Notes: generated from the sequence alone by a model not told the origin. 63,574 bases of DNA, filler included, from Phoronis australis (GCA_002633005.1; 9 parts of 9 records of this genome joined end to end with filler, not necessarily neighbours in it), one strand, 5' to 3'. Counted from the whole stretch's first letter, positions 1 through 14,393 are shown. Translations and numbers: made by a program.

Positions 1-240
1 CAAATTGATGAAAACCAATGTATGGACTTCCCAGCACCGTGAATGGACATTATAACTCATTGAGGAAAGCACCAACGAAAACAGCCAGATACAATGGATA
101 GGTCAGAATTTTTCAAATGAGTTCTGCAACAGTTTTTGAACGCCACCTGGTGACTCAATGGCCATTCAAGGCTATTGAATGCCTGTATAGTGAATCTTCA
201 ACACACCCATCTCTCCCACTTCACTCAACAGACCACTTAC

Positions 241-3200
241 AGACATCATGTTTTCCTTAAGCTCCTCCAGGTGGCTCTGTAGTCTCTCCTTCTGCTGATG
301 TAGATCCTCCACCTCTCCAAGAGTGTCCAGACGAGACCTGTCCAGTTCCTGAAACCCTTGCGCCACCTCCTGGAAAGGAAAGAAGTCGAGAGCTACGCTA
401 CAGGACGTAATTTTACTGAGGAGTGCTGTGGGTGCATGTCAGCAGTATTGACATGATTTCCCACAATTCCTTGCTCATACGACTTCAAATTTTCTGTTGA
501 AAGGTTTCCTACGTAAATCATATTTGGTTTCTCACTAGCCAGTTAGGCTTGAACTTGGTTTTTGCAACATAATTAACAATTATACAACAGTAACTAAAGT
601 ATCACGTATATCATAACTGAATTCATACGGTAATTATTCTGAAGATGTCTCTAAACAACAATAAAAGCATAAAAGCGCAAGATAGTCTTCCGTCCACAAA
701 TTAACTTTTCCCGTGGGCCAATTATGTCATTGTAAAACTGGCCTCAACTTGATCCTTACTTAGAGCATAAATTCTGAACTGACAGTTTGTTAATGATTTG
801 AAGCCATGTCCAGGTCATAACATGACCCGGGTCATATCATAACCCAAGTCACAACATGACTCAGGTCATAACATGACCCGTCGTAACAAACCAGCATGAA
901 CTACAAACGCTGTGTTTAAAATTTGAGAAATATGACCATGTCCCAATCTTCATGATTTATAAGTTGTTTTCACAAATTACAACCCCCCAGATCTTCACTG
1001 ACAGCATATTACCACATTCTTTGTGTTTCCAATGCAATTATTTAATAACCTAATATTGTGGAAATAATGACAGGTGCAGTACTTTCTAACGTATAGTTAC
1101 ATGCAAAATTAAGTGAAGCATGTCTTTATGAGCAGGCTCAACTTGCTGTTTGGGGGGGGGGGTAAAGCAAAGCACCTTGCCTGACCTACTCTTGGTGTAT
1201 CAAGGTCAACAAGAATATCGGTGTCCCAAACAAAAGATAGTCCTGAATTGGAGATGTTTTACAGCAAGTTTCTAGCACAGACTGTTATTCAAGCAAGTAT
1301 TACTGAAGGCCAAACTAGTTTCCGCACTCTCAAGTTTCAGCAATAACTTCTCGTTTTGCAACCCCACACATCCAGTCCCACAGTCTAATTCGAACAGGAG
1401 ACGTCCAACCCTCATATATCACACCAAAAAGAGGCAACTTTTTAAAATAATCACAGGCATTTAATCTCTGTACTGCAACCTTCCTTGGTCATCTAAGGAG
1501 TGACAAAAATGCTATGTCATTCAAGCTTATGATGATGCCCTCTGTGCTCGAAACAATTTCAAAATCAGTCATTGAACATTCTTTGTTCCCCGAAGGACAT
1601 TTGCCATCAAATGAATTCAAAAGGCTTGTACTTGCCGGCAATGGTGACATGGCGTTAAATAGGGTCACTCTTATAACACCGTAAATTCTCGCCAATTTAG
1701 AACTCAATATGGCAGACAAGTGAAAGTTTGTATTCTCATTTTCCGTAAAAGATATGTATCACTGACAAAACGTCTTGCCATTAGAACTTTATACTCTGTT
1801 ACAAGCATGTTTTGCAATGTACAGATGTCATGAAACATTTCGCAAAAATTCCCACTATTTGCAAAAAGGTTGATAACTATTGAAAAATGGAAAAACGGAC
1901 ATTTTGGCAATAATTATCTTTGAGTGAAATGAAGTGAACAGCTACCATAACTCTTACTTTCTCAATATTTGTCTTCATCTTGTGCAAAGTTTGCTCCAAC
2001 TTTTCTTCTTTATCCATTATTTCATTCTGTGTCAGCAGCTGTAACACAGTGATAAGACGCATTAGAAACTAGATATCTGAATTCATTTGACGAGTCCATC
2101 AATTTGAATACTAGTTCTCCTTGAATTGAACTTCCTTTCAAAGTATGCTAGAACCAGCTCTACTGCCAGAAAGGAACAACTGGCAAACAGTTTTGCGCGC
2201 TAGTAAGAGGTCTAAACCAAATGTTAGCTTCTTTGGATGGTTTGCAGAAGCTTTAAAGCACCTAGCAATCAACAAGTGGCTCCATCTTTTTACTGGTAAC
2301 AAAACCAGCCAATGGCCATTCGAAAGGAAATTCTAATTCACAGAATGCTCAACATAAAAGTAGTTTCACAGTCACAGGCAAATTTAACCTAGGTTACATA
2401 AACTTCTTATGAAAACCTACAATTAAGTTAAAACCTTCATGGTTGAGACAACAGAAAGTAAAACTTCAAAAGGACACAACAATGTTCTACTTTAATGTTT
2501 AGGTGCGACTAGTTTGCCGACACTTGTGACATGCTTAAATGGCTTGTGACCTGTTTCCTAATATAGCAACCAGTTTGGAAATACAAGTTGCCATCATTGA
2601 CACTGTGCGCGTGGCCTTAAATTTGGCTTAGCAACAACTAGACATGGCTCAATGAAAGTGGGCATCTTGAAAAAATGGGAAGTGAGCAGACAAGGTAAGT
2701 AAGGTACACTTCAGAGAATGTTAGCTGTCTTGTACTTCTAACACAATTGGGTTTTCAGTTGTGTAGGACACTGGACACATAGCCATACACTGTGTTATTG
2801 GCACGTGTCAATCTTGCCTGGTTTTTCGCGTCCATGTACTCCTGTTGTAATGTCTGCAGTTCATCGCTAAGGCGGTTGGCACGGCGACAGTGTTGCTGAG
2901 CGATGGATTCTAAGTCTTCTATTTCGGAGTTGGAACGCTGACGAACATCCTTTAGTTCCTAGAATATGATAAAGGAAAACATTGTTAGTGTCATCACTCA
3001 AAAAATATGTTCAAATTCATAATGTTATATTGTCGTAATGGACCGTCTTGAGTTGGCAGGCATGCAACTTCGGAGGGTCAGAAAACACAAGTCCTTCTGC
3101 TCAATTACACTTTAATGTACTTTAATCTAACAGTGTTAAGATAAGAGTTACCTGAAGAATTAAGATGTTTGAATTCACTTTCCGCCCTTTTTATGGACGG

Positions 3201-6200
3201 AAACAGACCCAGCGATAATAGTGTGTTCATCATAATATTATACTCTCTGAAGCTCCTAAGTTCGCGTCACAGACAAAATACCGCTATAGAACCACACAAC
3301 GAAAACTCAAGGAACGTTTGTAATGTAATATTTACAATGAGGGTTGCCCCATCAGTTCACACTGCTTTCCATGGGGGCCCTTGACTTATAAAAGTCACTC
3401 ATAATCTCAATGTTGATGTGCTAGCAGTGAAAGGCATTCTGTTCGGTTAGGAACGTTGAATGCGCGACACAGTGCGAGAACGCGGTCCAAGGATGATACT
3501 AGTCTGAAGGAGGATAATAGTTTTATTACATACTCTTCTACTGATACTACTGAGTCTGTTACAATCCATGCGATCATACACTAGTGACATACATGAATCA
3601 TATCAGGATATACTGAACAAACATGTTTACTACAATTCCTCATGTTGGGGGTGTATTACATAATACTTAATTCTCTGAACTACTCCTACTCATGCACTCA
3701 TCCTAAATGACTCCGATATGAGATCATACTCTAACACTCAAACATAAGATAGAATGCACCTATTTCCTTACAATGAACGACACATCATTTACCCAAGTCT
3801 CAAATCTTGATATAAGCTTTTTCATGTAACACATGGCACGTCAGTTTGAACTAATATGTTGTCAGTTTGTTTTAAGAATTCTGTCATACCAAGGTAGTCT
3901 TCAATATCATCTTGGAAGACATGAAAAAAATGAAATGGAATCGACAAACGGCCACTCATTTACTAAAGACCCAGCTGGAAGGTATGTCTTTCAGGGCCAA
4001 AGTTACCCATTTCAACCAGTACCCTTTCATCAGGATGTTACAACCAGTTTTAATGCTGAAAACCAGTTTGTGTGTGGTCTTTAGCTATAAGGACTCAATA
4101 ATCTGAAGGCTACCGTACCGTAATTTGTTTTAGAAGTGCAAGTTCTATCATGATTTTGGCTAGTGACATCCAACACTGGGCAATACTCCATTGAGCATTA
4201 AAAACTTGGGGTACAAGAAGGCGAAAGGAGAAATTTAGGAACTACTGGTAAGTGCAACAACTGCAGTCGTTTTAAAAATGAATTGGATAGACTTCAAGGA
4301 AAACTCTTAGTCTTAATTATTCTGTCAAATTTTAACATGCTTTATGTCATAGATACTTAGCAACTAAGCAGAACTTTTGATGCAAAAAGAAAGTTAATTG
4401 AAGACAACAATCTTATTAGCATACACAAATGATGCAGTCTTGCAACATCTGTGCTTCCAGGAACTACTTTCCGCATTTCAAATGTAATGCATTCTCATAT
4501 GAAATGAGATTTCTAGGGTCTCAATTGTTTTGCCCACTTCACTTAAAAGTGAGTGCATTAGAGAGATTTGGGAATAGTATTTCCCACTGACAATTGGACA
4601 ATATGACTAGGCATTACTGCAGTTAACTGCAGCAAACTTGAAGGCATTTAACACTTTCCATTTAAAAAGGGAATTTCCACTCATTCCCTTTCTGTGCCTG
4701 AAAAGTTGTACATTTCTTCTGCGCCTGGATTTCCATCATTTTGACTTAAAAATTGATATATTCCATTGCATTTCAGCCCTATGTTGTATCATGCGCAGAA
4801 ATTTCTACACATAACTGTAGCGCAAAAATTTCAGCGCAGAATTCTAGCGCTGAAATTTCTGCGCTGGAATTCTGCGCTGAAATTTTTGCGCTACAGTTAT
4901 GTGTAGAAATTTCTGCGCATGATACAACATAGGGCTGAAATACAATTATGGAATATATCCCCTTAGTTTTTAAAATGGAAAGTGTTAAAAATTTTAGGGT
5001 CTCCAAAGAAGTGTCATTTCTAAACTGGCGTTACTCGTCACAAAATGCAAAACGAATTTGTTAATAAATGTTAAACAACAGTTTACCCACAAGATGCAAA
5101 ATAGTACTCCAAATGTCGCTGCAGTATCTTTTACTCTGACAATAAATTGAAAAATTCATAAAATTCAGGATGAAAACTGATTACAAATACAAAAATTAAT
5201 GTTTTAAAACAAATAACTCATCAGCAATCTTAATTTTCCAACAGGTGACTAATCTTTTTGTGGTCTACAAAATGCAGACTACTTTCAAGCAGCAGAAATT
5301 ATACACGACACATAAAGAAACCCTGAAATTGTACGATATTTTGTAGTTGAATTTTACACACAAGATTGCAGTCAAATGTAACACCTACAGCTAGTGTCAT
5401 CTGCAACTGCATGCCACTATGCAACAGATGAATTCCTACTTCCTGGAGCACCTTTAAGCTTCGCACGAGTTAACTTTTTAAGTTTACCTTGTCCGGAATT
5501 TTGTCAGGCTAAAGGCTTTATGAAATTCAGTTTGTTCTTCTTGTTTCTGCTTGCAACAATATTGAATCCTGGAATCAGGCCAGAAATGTCTACACATCAT
5601 TAAGTTCTTGGAAACATCCGTGTTGTTGCCGTTTAACTTACCAGCACTAGATTCGGCAAGTCACCCACAGGGGTTCTGAATTTTGGGATTCGGTTTTATC
5701 TCTGTTATTCAGTGGAGAAAACTGGTTCTAAAAATGCCAGTACCCTGTACCTGGCTATTTCTTTAGATTCCGTAAATATACATTATAAAAAATCTTTTGT
5801 GCGTGCATGAAAAATAACTTATACAACACAAATTATGATAACTGGGAATCATTATAGTCATTATAGCTTAATTAGTGCTATGCAAGTAAATTAAACCAGG
5901 ACTTACATCGTTCTCAACATAACCGACAGTGACCATTGTATACTGACAATAAAACACACATATTTCTGATTTACATCTTTTCAATCATTTTCAGCAATGC
6001 CTTTAGTGTAAAGGATCATCATTCTAATACCCATACAAGTCTACAGTTCCCAACACTGTAATGCCTATTGGTTTTCTGGTTCTCATTTGGCTGCTCGCCA
6101 CGTCCAAAACTCTCAACAAAAATCGCTCACTTTTCAACGTCCAAAACTTATGGACGAAATAGCCCCGTGTTCTAAATAAAAAAGATAGCTTCTTGGTTCA

Positions 6201-9200
6201 AAAGAGAGCTTTGCTTCAAACAAGAATAGATTTTCGGTTTCTCAAAGAACAGTTCGTTATTCCTTGAAAATGACTTGACACATAAAGGGACATGCTGTAG
6301 CAAGCCAACACGTATGCACGTATGGCCTAGTCTCAAGCCAACACGTACGGCCTAGTCTCAAGCCAACACGTATGGCCTAGTCTCAAGCCAACACGTATGG
6401 CCTAATTAATCTCAAGCCAACATGTATGGCCTAGTTTCAAGCCAAATCGAATTCAATTGTCAGTTCTTTCCAAGCCCTGAAATCACTTCCAGTTTGGTTA
6501 GGGAATACTTTGAGATAAATTTCTCACTCAAAGTAAGAAGTTGGTGTTAAGGTGAAAGGATTAATGGCCACTTCAAGGTCTAAAATTATTTATAAACCAG
6601 GTTTTCTTTAATAACCAGTGCACCAAAAGTTTAATTAACTTGTTCATGAAATACAAAATTATCTTTAAAGCTAGTCTAGCGGATGAAAACAGAGACTTGA
6701 TTGACGAAAATGTGGACGAGTCAAAATCGACATAATTGTGCAAAATGGACATAATGGATAAGAACAGCCAATTTGATATACCTTCCAATGATGGCTGCTG
6801 TGAACAGCCAAAACTGTCAAGGTCAACGTTTTTGCTTAGTTGTGTAAATAAGTTATGTGTACTATGACATGTGGTCAACCGGCTGTCTAGCTAAGCACAC
6901 ACGGTCTGCTACGAGTCGTTACCCTAGTTTCCACTGCAGTCGACACTTAGTTTCAAAATAAGCAACTTTGATGACTAATTTGGATCGCATGCATTTTCGG
7001 TTGATTAATTTGTCTTCTTAGTAAGAGAATTGTCAAGAACTCTAAAGACTTTCACACTGGCTAAATTGTAACACTTGACTCTGGTCTTGAATCCAAGTTA
7101 ACAGAGAGAATTAACTACTCAGTAAAGAGGTGGATTTACAGCGAAGCGTCAACACTTAAATTGGATGCCACCAGAGTTACCGGCAGGGTCACTGCCAGCA
7201 TTTGCCAATAGCGGGTGGTGACTAGTTATTTTGTTTTTTTTTTTTCTTAAATTTGGCAGTACAAAATGGATTCTTTAGTCATTGAATGTATAGTGTATGG
7301 AAAATGAGATCAAGTGTACCACCTTTGTTATGATCAGCTAGTAACCTACTCAACAGTCATTTTTATTAGTCATCCCTAGTGCATCGTCATCGTCCCAACA
7401 AGGCAACTGTTGATTGCCTTGTGAAATTTTATTCTAATAATATCGACCTCAGAAATGTTCATGTCTTAAGCTGAATTTTGTTCCCTAGCATCGATCATGA
7501 TTCTGTTAAACAAGTTCAATGTATTGGATCTTCTTATCGCTCGGTGTCCAAACTCGTCTTATCTACAAACACCGGGAAAAATTGCGTCTCAAACTGTAAT
7601 ACGGAGTCCATGGTTTCTAAACTATCTTAAGGTTATCACAAACCTTATTCACAAAAATGGCCATTTTTACAATATTTCACGTGTCTAGTAAAATACCTTA
7701 TCTTAATTCGCGGGGAGCTTCAAATACAAAATATATATTGTGTAGCGAGAAAAAAAGATTTAACAGAACCACCTTGGAACTGCACAACTGTGTAGCTGAT
7801 ATCTGATTAACTCTTTCTGTGACTGCCGTATCAAAATCAGCGAGAATTATCTGAACTAATTGTCAATGAAGAATACTTTGTGATGGAGAGGAGGATGAAT
7901 TTTGTGACAGCAATAAGTCGTCGTCTGATGACAGCAACTTGTCACATGATGAGTTTGATAATCGACGAATCATGAATCTGGTTACATTTGGAACAAGCAG
8001 AACTTGAAGAAAACAGTCCGGATGACCTTACTAGCAGAAAAATGTCTCGTTCCCGTAAAGCCAATGGATCTGGATGCAAGCAACTGAAAGTCACTGCAAG
8101 AGAGAACGATCTTCGACAGGGCTGCATCACGCAGTTTGATGTCAAGAAAATAGTTGCTCTGCAGATGTCAGAGAAAGATATGGATGAGTCAATGTAATTT
8201 ATTTTCAAAATTGATAGTAACGTAGAATTTTGAATTATTGTAAACAAGAGTCGGCCACAAATAATTATACAATGTAATCGACAGGACTTTATTGTTTTGA
8301 CTTTGCCAAATTACACTTTAATTACCTTGTTTTACTTGAGGTAACCCTTTCTCCCACAAGTAGACCGATCCTGTTTACATTAGCTGGGAAATTTATTGAC
8401 CCAGTAGCAGTAGCCCAACATGAATATGATTCATTTTTGGGGGAGTCTTCCATGAAAATGAAATTATTTTTTGAGACCTTCGGTCATGCTAGAGACAGAG
8501 TTAGTTATCCAAAGCAGTATAAGTCAATTTAGTCAAACCAATTTAACTGAAACACTGCAATTTCTATTTTTAAGATGCAAAAGATTTGATGATTTTGGAC
8601 ATCTTAAGCTCGACAGTAGTTGTTAAATTGTGAATTGATAATAAGTCTAAAATGTAGCATTTCATTGCAGGTTGCTATGGAAGTTTTAAAGACACAAATA
8701 TCGCTTTTTCTCGGCCATTTTCCTATAAACTTTTGTAAGCTCTAAATTTTCACGTTCCTTGCCAAGAAATGCAAGAACTCGGCCATTTGTTAAGGACATG
8801 TTTCATACATCAAAATGATCAGAATATACTGCATTTTCCGAAAAAATTTAACAATTACAAAAACAAAAAATCTTTACTTAAGACTCATGTTGTGGTGCTG
8901 CGTCACATTTATAATAAAATTACGCACTCAAAACATTTTGCACTCCATAGTGCACATACAGTCCCCCTGGCTCTCCAACTAGAAGTGTCATCGTTTTTCT
9001 ACTTACCTGCTTTGTTAACAAAAGTTCTTGCTGAGCAGCACTACATGTATCACTAAGCTCTTTTGTTTCCTGAAAGGGGAGATAAATCCTATAATTTTCA
9101 CAACCAGAAAAGCACAATACCTTGACAGTTTCGGCTCCTATCAGCAGTCATCTTGCAACGTTATGGTTGCTGATAGGAGGTGAAACAGTCAAGATGCTTT

Positions 9201-12200
9201 TCTGGTTGTGAAAATAGGAAACTATCAACTTGTGCTCTATCAACCTTATGAAATTATCTAGTGAGTAACAATTTTACTCTATCATTACCTTGGTTTGCTC
9301 CGTATAAATGACACGAGGCAACATTTGGCTAAGTTTTCACTATTCATGTCACAGTGATCGGCTTACAAACAGAAAATGACAATTTTGGCAATAACGTTCA
9401 GTTTATGCGAAGTACCTAAAGAAATTACCGTTTACCTGCCCGAACAATGCTGTGGTCATGGGAGCAGCAATTTTTGGGTTTTGACTACACTGAAGCAATA
9501 GCTGGTAACAACGTGGGAAGATACACCCTATTGATACCCACTGACAGCCCAACACTAGGCACACCCCTGATAAGAGATTTTTCTGCTGTAAGCAGTGATA
9601 AAAAATTACCCTAGATTTTTGGTATATAGTGAAATCTCACCAATCAAAGAAAAAAAGTAATTGAAAAAATTGCATTTGTTCATTTTTCAAGGTCTTCTCA
9701 CACTGTTGTGAATCCCCAGTTTTTTAAAGTATCTTTTACGAAAAACATGACAAAATAAAACTTCACTCATCCACTATATTCTAATTAGGCGAGAATTCAA
9801 ACTACTAATTACCTTTTGCATCCTAGTCTGAATGTTTGCTAGCTCTTGGTCCTTCAAATCCAGGTTACCCGTCAGATTGACGACATTGGATTTCTGCTCT
9901 GAAAGTTGATTTTCTAGAAAAATAAAGACAAAGTAATGCACTCAACGAATGGAGGCGCCGGAACGATGTTGAAACAGTTTCTTAACACCATTCCTGCTAA
10001 ACCTTTCGTCAATCAATTACTTGACAAATGTTAAAAAAATGTTGATATGAGGCAAAAGAATATGGCTCAATTGAAAAAGCTGAGATTCAAGCACCGGCTT
10101 TTTGAAGCATTTTGGATCAACTATTGACTATTGAGTGTTGCTTCTAAGCTTTCATTGTCGGTTGCAGCCAAATGAAAAATCGTACAAGCTTAAAAGGTGA
10201 AACAAACACTACCTTTTCCAAAAAAAATCCCTGGTTTGACCAAAAAAGCACAGCTGGTTGTGGTCTCGACCCTGACTCACTATGAAACCCACGCTCACCA
10301 AAAAAAAAACACCCACCTGCATCAATTTCAACCACGACCAGTGTTTTTGTTTTGAATAACGACACAAAGACACATCAGCAGGGTTTGGAGTGCCATAATG
10401 TGCCAAGCGACGAGTAAAAAGAAATGCCGCGTCACTTTTGCTCGGCTCAGATTTATTTTCTTTTTGAAAAGGTGAGAAACAATTAACGCATCACCAACTC
10501 TATCTTAAAAACAGAGACCACAATATACTGCACCTATCGTAGATACATTTACTTTTTAACCATGTTAAGGACAACAAAAGAAAAGCAGAGCTTCCCAACA
10601 AATGCCTGCATTTTGTTGAGCAAGAATTTGCTTCCATTAAGCCAACGCACAGACTCGCAATTGTACACAGTCCATGTTGGTCAATGTGTTAGCTCAAGGG
10701 TGGTGTGACCATGATCAGACGTGCGTAAAAAAATCAACCCTACCCAAGTCAGTAAGTTTCCGTTCCAGATCAGAGATGTTCTCTTTTGTATACTGCCTCT
10801 CATCCAGCTCCCTCTGAAGTATAAACAAGAGCAATGTATAGGCTTGGTGTGTATCCACCATGTGCATGCAGTGCAGACACAAGGGATCATTATTCCCACT
10901 AAATGGAGCAATACCTTTCAACAAGGCTGTCCTCAATAGGAACAAACTTGACACATTTCCACATCATTGTTCAAGCACTTAGTCAGACAGGCGAGTGGAT
11001 GACACAAAGAGAATGGGTACAACAATAATTAACAGATAGGGGGCGCAAACAACAGATAGGGGGTGAAACACAGGTCAAATTTCTCTGAAAAGGGCATGAG
11101 ACAATAAACTTATTTGCCAAATGTCATCAAGAAATTTTGCAGACATCAAGGTAAATGCGAAGGAAACCAAAATTACTATTAAGCGACTCCAATGTAATTG
11201 TATTTGTCGCATAGTTTATGTCAAATACACCCACCACAAAAGAAACACAAAAATTTCATGAAGATCTGTTTAGGGACTTGATAGACATCGAGCCACAGGC
11301 TAAAAACAAAATTGCCACTAGGGGACAGTACAGAAGTTGGTCTACTCCAAAAATCATGTCTTCTATGCTCTACCCAGTAGAAACATATGGGTCATGTGGT
11401 ATAGACCAAGGACATTACAAAACAATTTACTCAAAGGTCATCACCACTATTTTCAATATGATCACTTCCCCGTTGACTTAATGTTCAGTACAGGTGGCGC
11501 CAACCCCGTGGTCAGATCAAATACGAATGGCCACCCTGCTTTCTTAAACCTGCACTCATTACTACCTTCATTGAGAGGAGAGCAGTATTCACTTCCTGTA
11601 GTTCAGCCTGCTTGTTAGTCACATCTAATCGCAATGTCTCAAGTTCCACTTTAGCATCTGACAACATCTGGAATTGTACTGCTGTTATTTTACATTGAAT
11701 TATTCTACATTTCATGACTATGTATGAAAATAAAGCTAGACAGAGTTCACAGAATTTGCCAATAAATCTTTTCTTTTTTATAGAAAAACATGACACATTC
11801 CAGAAACATACTTCCTGGCTTTCACCCTCCATGCACACAATTTAATTACCATAAAGATTCCTGTCCACTTATAGGGACAGGAACTCCCTTCTCTTTAATG
11901 TGATAGCTAAACTTAAGTTTTCAGATGGCTGTTGTAAAAGTAGTTTCCTGTACTCCAGTACATCTCAATATTTCCTCCAGGTTTACATAATAAAACTGTT
12001 TGAGGTGTACGTCTAAGGACAACTCTTCATTTTTGAGTTCATATAAAACACCACCATTTTGTCCAAAAACACTTTCCTCAACTTGACAAAGCGAAAATAA
12101 ATTATACAAGCAATTCTCAGCTTCTTTACAAAAAGTATACAATTTGTTGGGAGAAAGACCAATACACATCAAAAAAGAGCTTGTTCTCAAAATTCTGTGC

Positions 12201-12515
12201 ATAATTTTCATTGCCACCATCCAAGTCCAACGTCTGAAGCACAAAAAATTGAACATTACTGCAAAAATTAGCTTTCCATTCTGTTACCGACCTTCTAAAA
12301 CCAAGCACAAGTTCCCATTTTTGTTACGATTTCAATAAACTCCATAGATAAAGACCTGCAAAAGTCCCGTTACGACGTATTTAGACACCAGCTGATCATT
12401 CTGTTGTACCGTGTTGAAAGCAGACTGGAATTACAACGATCTCCAAAAGCATGTCACTCACCTTGGCTAAACGACCCTCCTCTTTTTCAACTTCTCTTTT
12501 CAGCTTGTGGAGGGC
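241..12515 (-). CDS. CNTRL: Centriolin (CEP110)-like coiled-coil protein, partial (C-terminal portion, 8 exons; start and end lie outside this contig/window)
   Basis: Phase-compatible minus-strand exons: 12515-12462 (ALHKLKREVEKEEGRLAK), 11667-11566, 10813-10744, 9913-9813, 9069-9007, 2958-2818 (ELKDVRQRSNSEIEDLESIAQQHCRRANRLSDELQTLQQEYMDAKNQ), 2038-1958 and 369-241 (EVAQGFQELDRS...LQSHLEELKENMMS). All have AG acceptors and GT donors except one GC donor. The peptides resemble the human centriolin C-terminus as recalled (IELVAQDNHERARRLMKELNQMQYEY; LEGELESLKENL). Confidence 0.7.
4755..4959. repeat. Near-perfect ~205-bp palindrome (foldback/MITE-like) with internal 16-bp repeats
   Basis: Left arm ...tttcagccctatgttgtatcatgcgcagaaatttctacacataactgtagcgc is mirrored by gcgctacagttatgtgtagaaatttctgcgcatgatacaacatagggctgaaa. 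The core is tandem gcgc(a/t)gaaattt units. Confidence 0.85.
6301..6445. repeat. Minisatellite, ~25-bp unit x ~5
   Basis: Unit caagccaacacgtatggcctagtct is repeated. Confidence 0.85.
7812..8500. mobile_element. Possible decayed non-autonomous piggyBac-like element
   Basis: Ends ttaa|ctctttct and agagacagag|ttag (imperfect TIR and TTAA-like target), with acidic low-complexity coding remnants inside. Confidence 0.3.
9087..9219. repeat. Imperfect hairpin, probably inverted Penelope-like terminal fragments
   Basis: ttttcacaaccagaaaagca...cttgacagtttc..ctcctatcagca pairs with tgctgataggag.tgaaacagtcaag.tgcttttctggttgtgaaaa. Confidence 0.65.
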
Positions 12516-13933
12516 CTGTAAATAGGCAGAAGTAACATGGCTCTACTTAAGAGATTGTGTTTAGTTTTAGGATATATTTCCTTAGTTCAGATTCAATGCC
12601 TCGGTTGAAATTCCAAACATTCGACATGCAATTCTAAGATCTCGCTTAACCCAATTTCACATGCTGATGTGTAACGCGGTCAAAAGTGACAGGAATAAAA
12701 TATTCTTTCATTCACAAAACGTCGGGCATTTCAGCATGACAGTCGTAACCGGATAGCCTGATCGTTGCGAATGATTTAGAAAAAATGGCGGAAAATCTCG
12801 TCACTAACAACACGTTACCACTAAATTGGAAAAGGGCTTTAAATTTGCAGACTGTAAACCNTGTGACTTTCAGTTTGACAACGAGTAAAACAGAATGTCA
12901 AAATAAATGGCTTCCTGTTGAATGTGAAACTTTCACAGGTTGTGCTTAATACACTGTACCCAAAATTCTTAGAAATTGTTTTTAAAATGTTCCATTTTTG
13001 CACGAGGGCTATAAAAATAGAACTTACCAATATATTTCTATGAAAAAATTATGTTGCATAAAACCAAACGACAATTAAATGAACCGTAACAGAAATTTTA
13101 CTTCGACTATTTTTATCGTACAAGACGTCAATATTCATCCTTTCTATTGCTATGAATTTGCATTTCTTTTTAATTTGTTAAAATCTCTTTAAAATCCATA
13201 GACACATAACTAAACTAATGGCAAGTTGGTATAAAGTCAGAAATCCAACTCTATGGAATTTCTCCCTTCACAAAGCATTTTTTACATTGTAGATACTTGT
13301 ATATGGCTAATACTCCATTACTTGTCCATAAGGTGATACACGACATTAAATACATTTTCCTCAGTCAATTACTTTCACAGGTTTCAGTTTTCAGGCTGTT
13401 GCGGCAAAACATATATCAGGTTTCTCTGAACCATGAATAGCTTAGATCAGGTTCAGATCTCATCCTTGGCTCATTTTAAAATCTGAACTGACTGCTTGAA
13501 TAAGAAAACGTAGGTCCTCACCACCTTGTATAGTTTCATGCATTACGCCAAATATCAACAAACCAGTAAATTTTAACTGTCTGTCAAAGTATATACCGGT
13601 AATTATTTTCTGAAGGAAGAAAGCCTTTGAAATTTAATTTTTGACTTCATACCAACTTGTTATTCATTGGATCACGTGACCATGTGGTTTTAGTAAATTT
13701 AGCAAACAGACACTCAGGTACATCCATTTCGAGAGCAAAACAACAGAAATAAATAACATGGATCGACCTAATTTTGTTTGACAAAAATGTACAAGCCATT
13801 GAAATCTCAAAAATGCTAATACAGTTTTCTTATTTATCATTTCTTTGATGCCACTATCCAGTTTTTCCATAAAACTCACGAATGTCCTACTTTACGATAG
13901 CCCTCACGGAAAAGTGAAAAATTTTAAAAACGA

Positions 13934-14033
13934 NNNNNNNNNNNNNNNNNNNNNNNNNNNNNNNNNNNNNNNNNNNNTTAATTAATTAANNNNNNNNNNN
14001 NNNNNNNNNNNNNNNNNNNNNNNNNNNNNNNNN
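13934..14033. other. Artificial contig-joining spacer (N44-TTAATTAATTAA-N44); the same spacer occurs at 32597, 35241, 43109, 52903, 56443, 59097 and 62072
   Basis: Identical 100-bp pattern seen eight times. TTAATTAATTAA gives stop codons in all six frames and is a standard concatenation linker. Confidence 0.95.
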
Positions 14034-14110
14034 AGGGGTAGTGGGATGGGGTGCAGGCAGGGGTAGTGGGATGGTGTGCAGGCAGGGGTAGTGGGGTGGG
14101 GTGCAGGCTG
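14034..14110. repeat. G-rich 25-bp minisatellite truncated at the contig edge
   Basis: aggggtagtgggatggggtgcaggc x3. Confidence 0.8.
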
Positions 14111-14393
14111 GATTTGTGGGTGTTTTATTAACATAGTATTTAATAAACTGTTTTCACTATCATTATGATACTCAGCCTCTCCACAGATGAACACCTGGTA
14201 ATGAGACATGATGTTGCGTCATGCTCGTCAGGGACTGCATGGAAAACATCTATTTTGGGAATCAATGCAGAACCTAGACAACTACTAAATGACTGAAATT
14301 ATGTGGTGAATACATGGAAAGTAAAATCGTTTACAGCTAGTCTGCTCTTGTCTCTTGTTTGCTTTCCAGGTAATTGAAAACCACTGATTTACT

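Noticed and set aside
3031-3660. Possible solo LTR in the centriolin intron
   Set aside because: TG...CA ends are suggestive, but no TSD or second copy was found.
13978-13989. Recurrent TTAATTAATTAA motif (8 copies) as a biological repeat
   Set aside because: Always centred in a 100-bp N block; it is an artificial six-frame stop linker.
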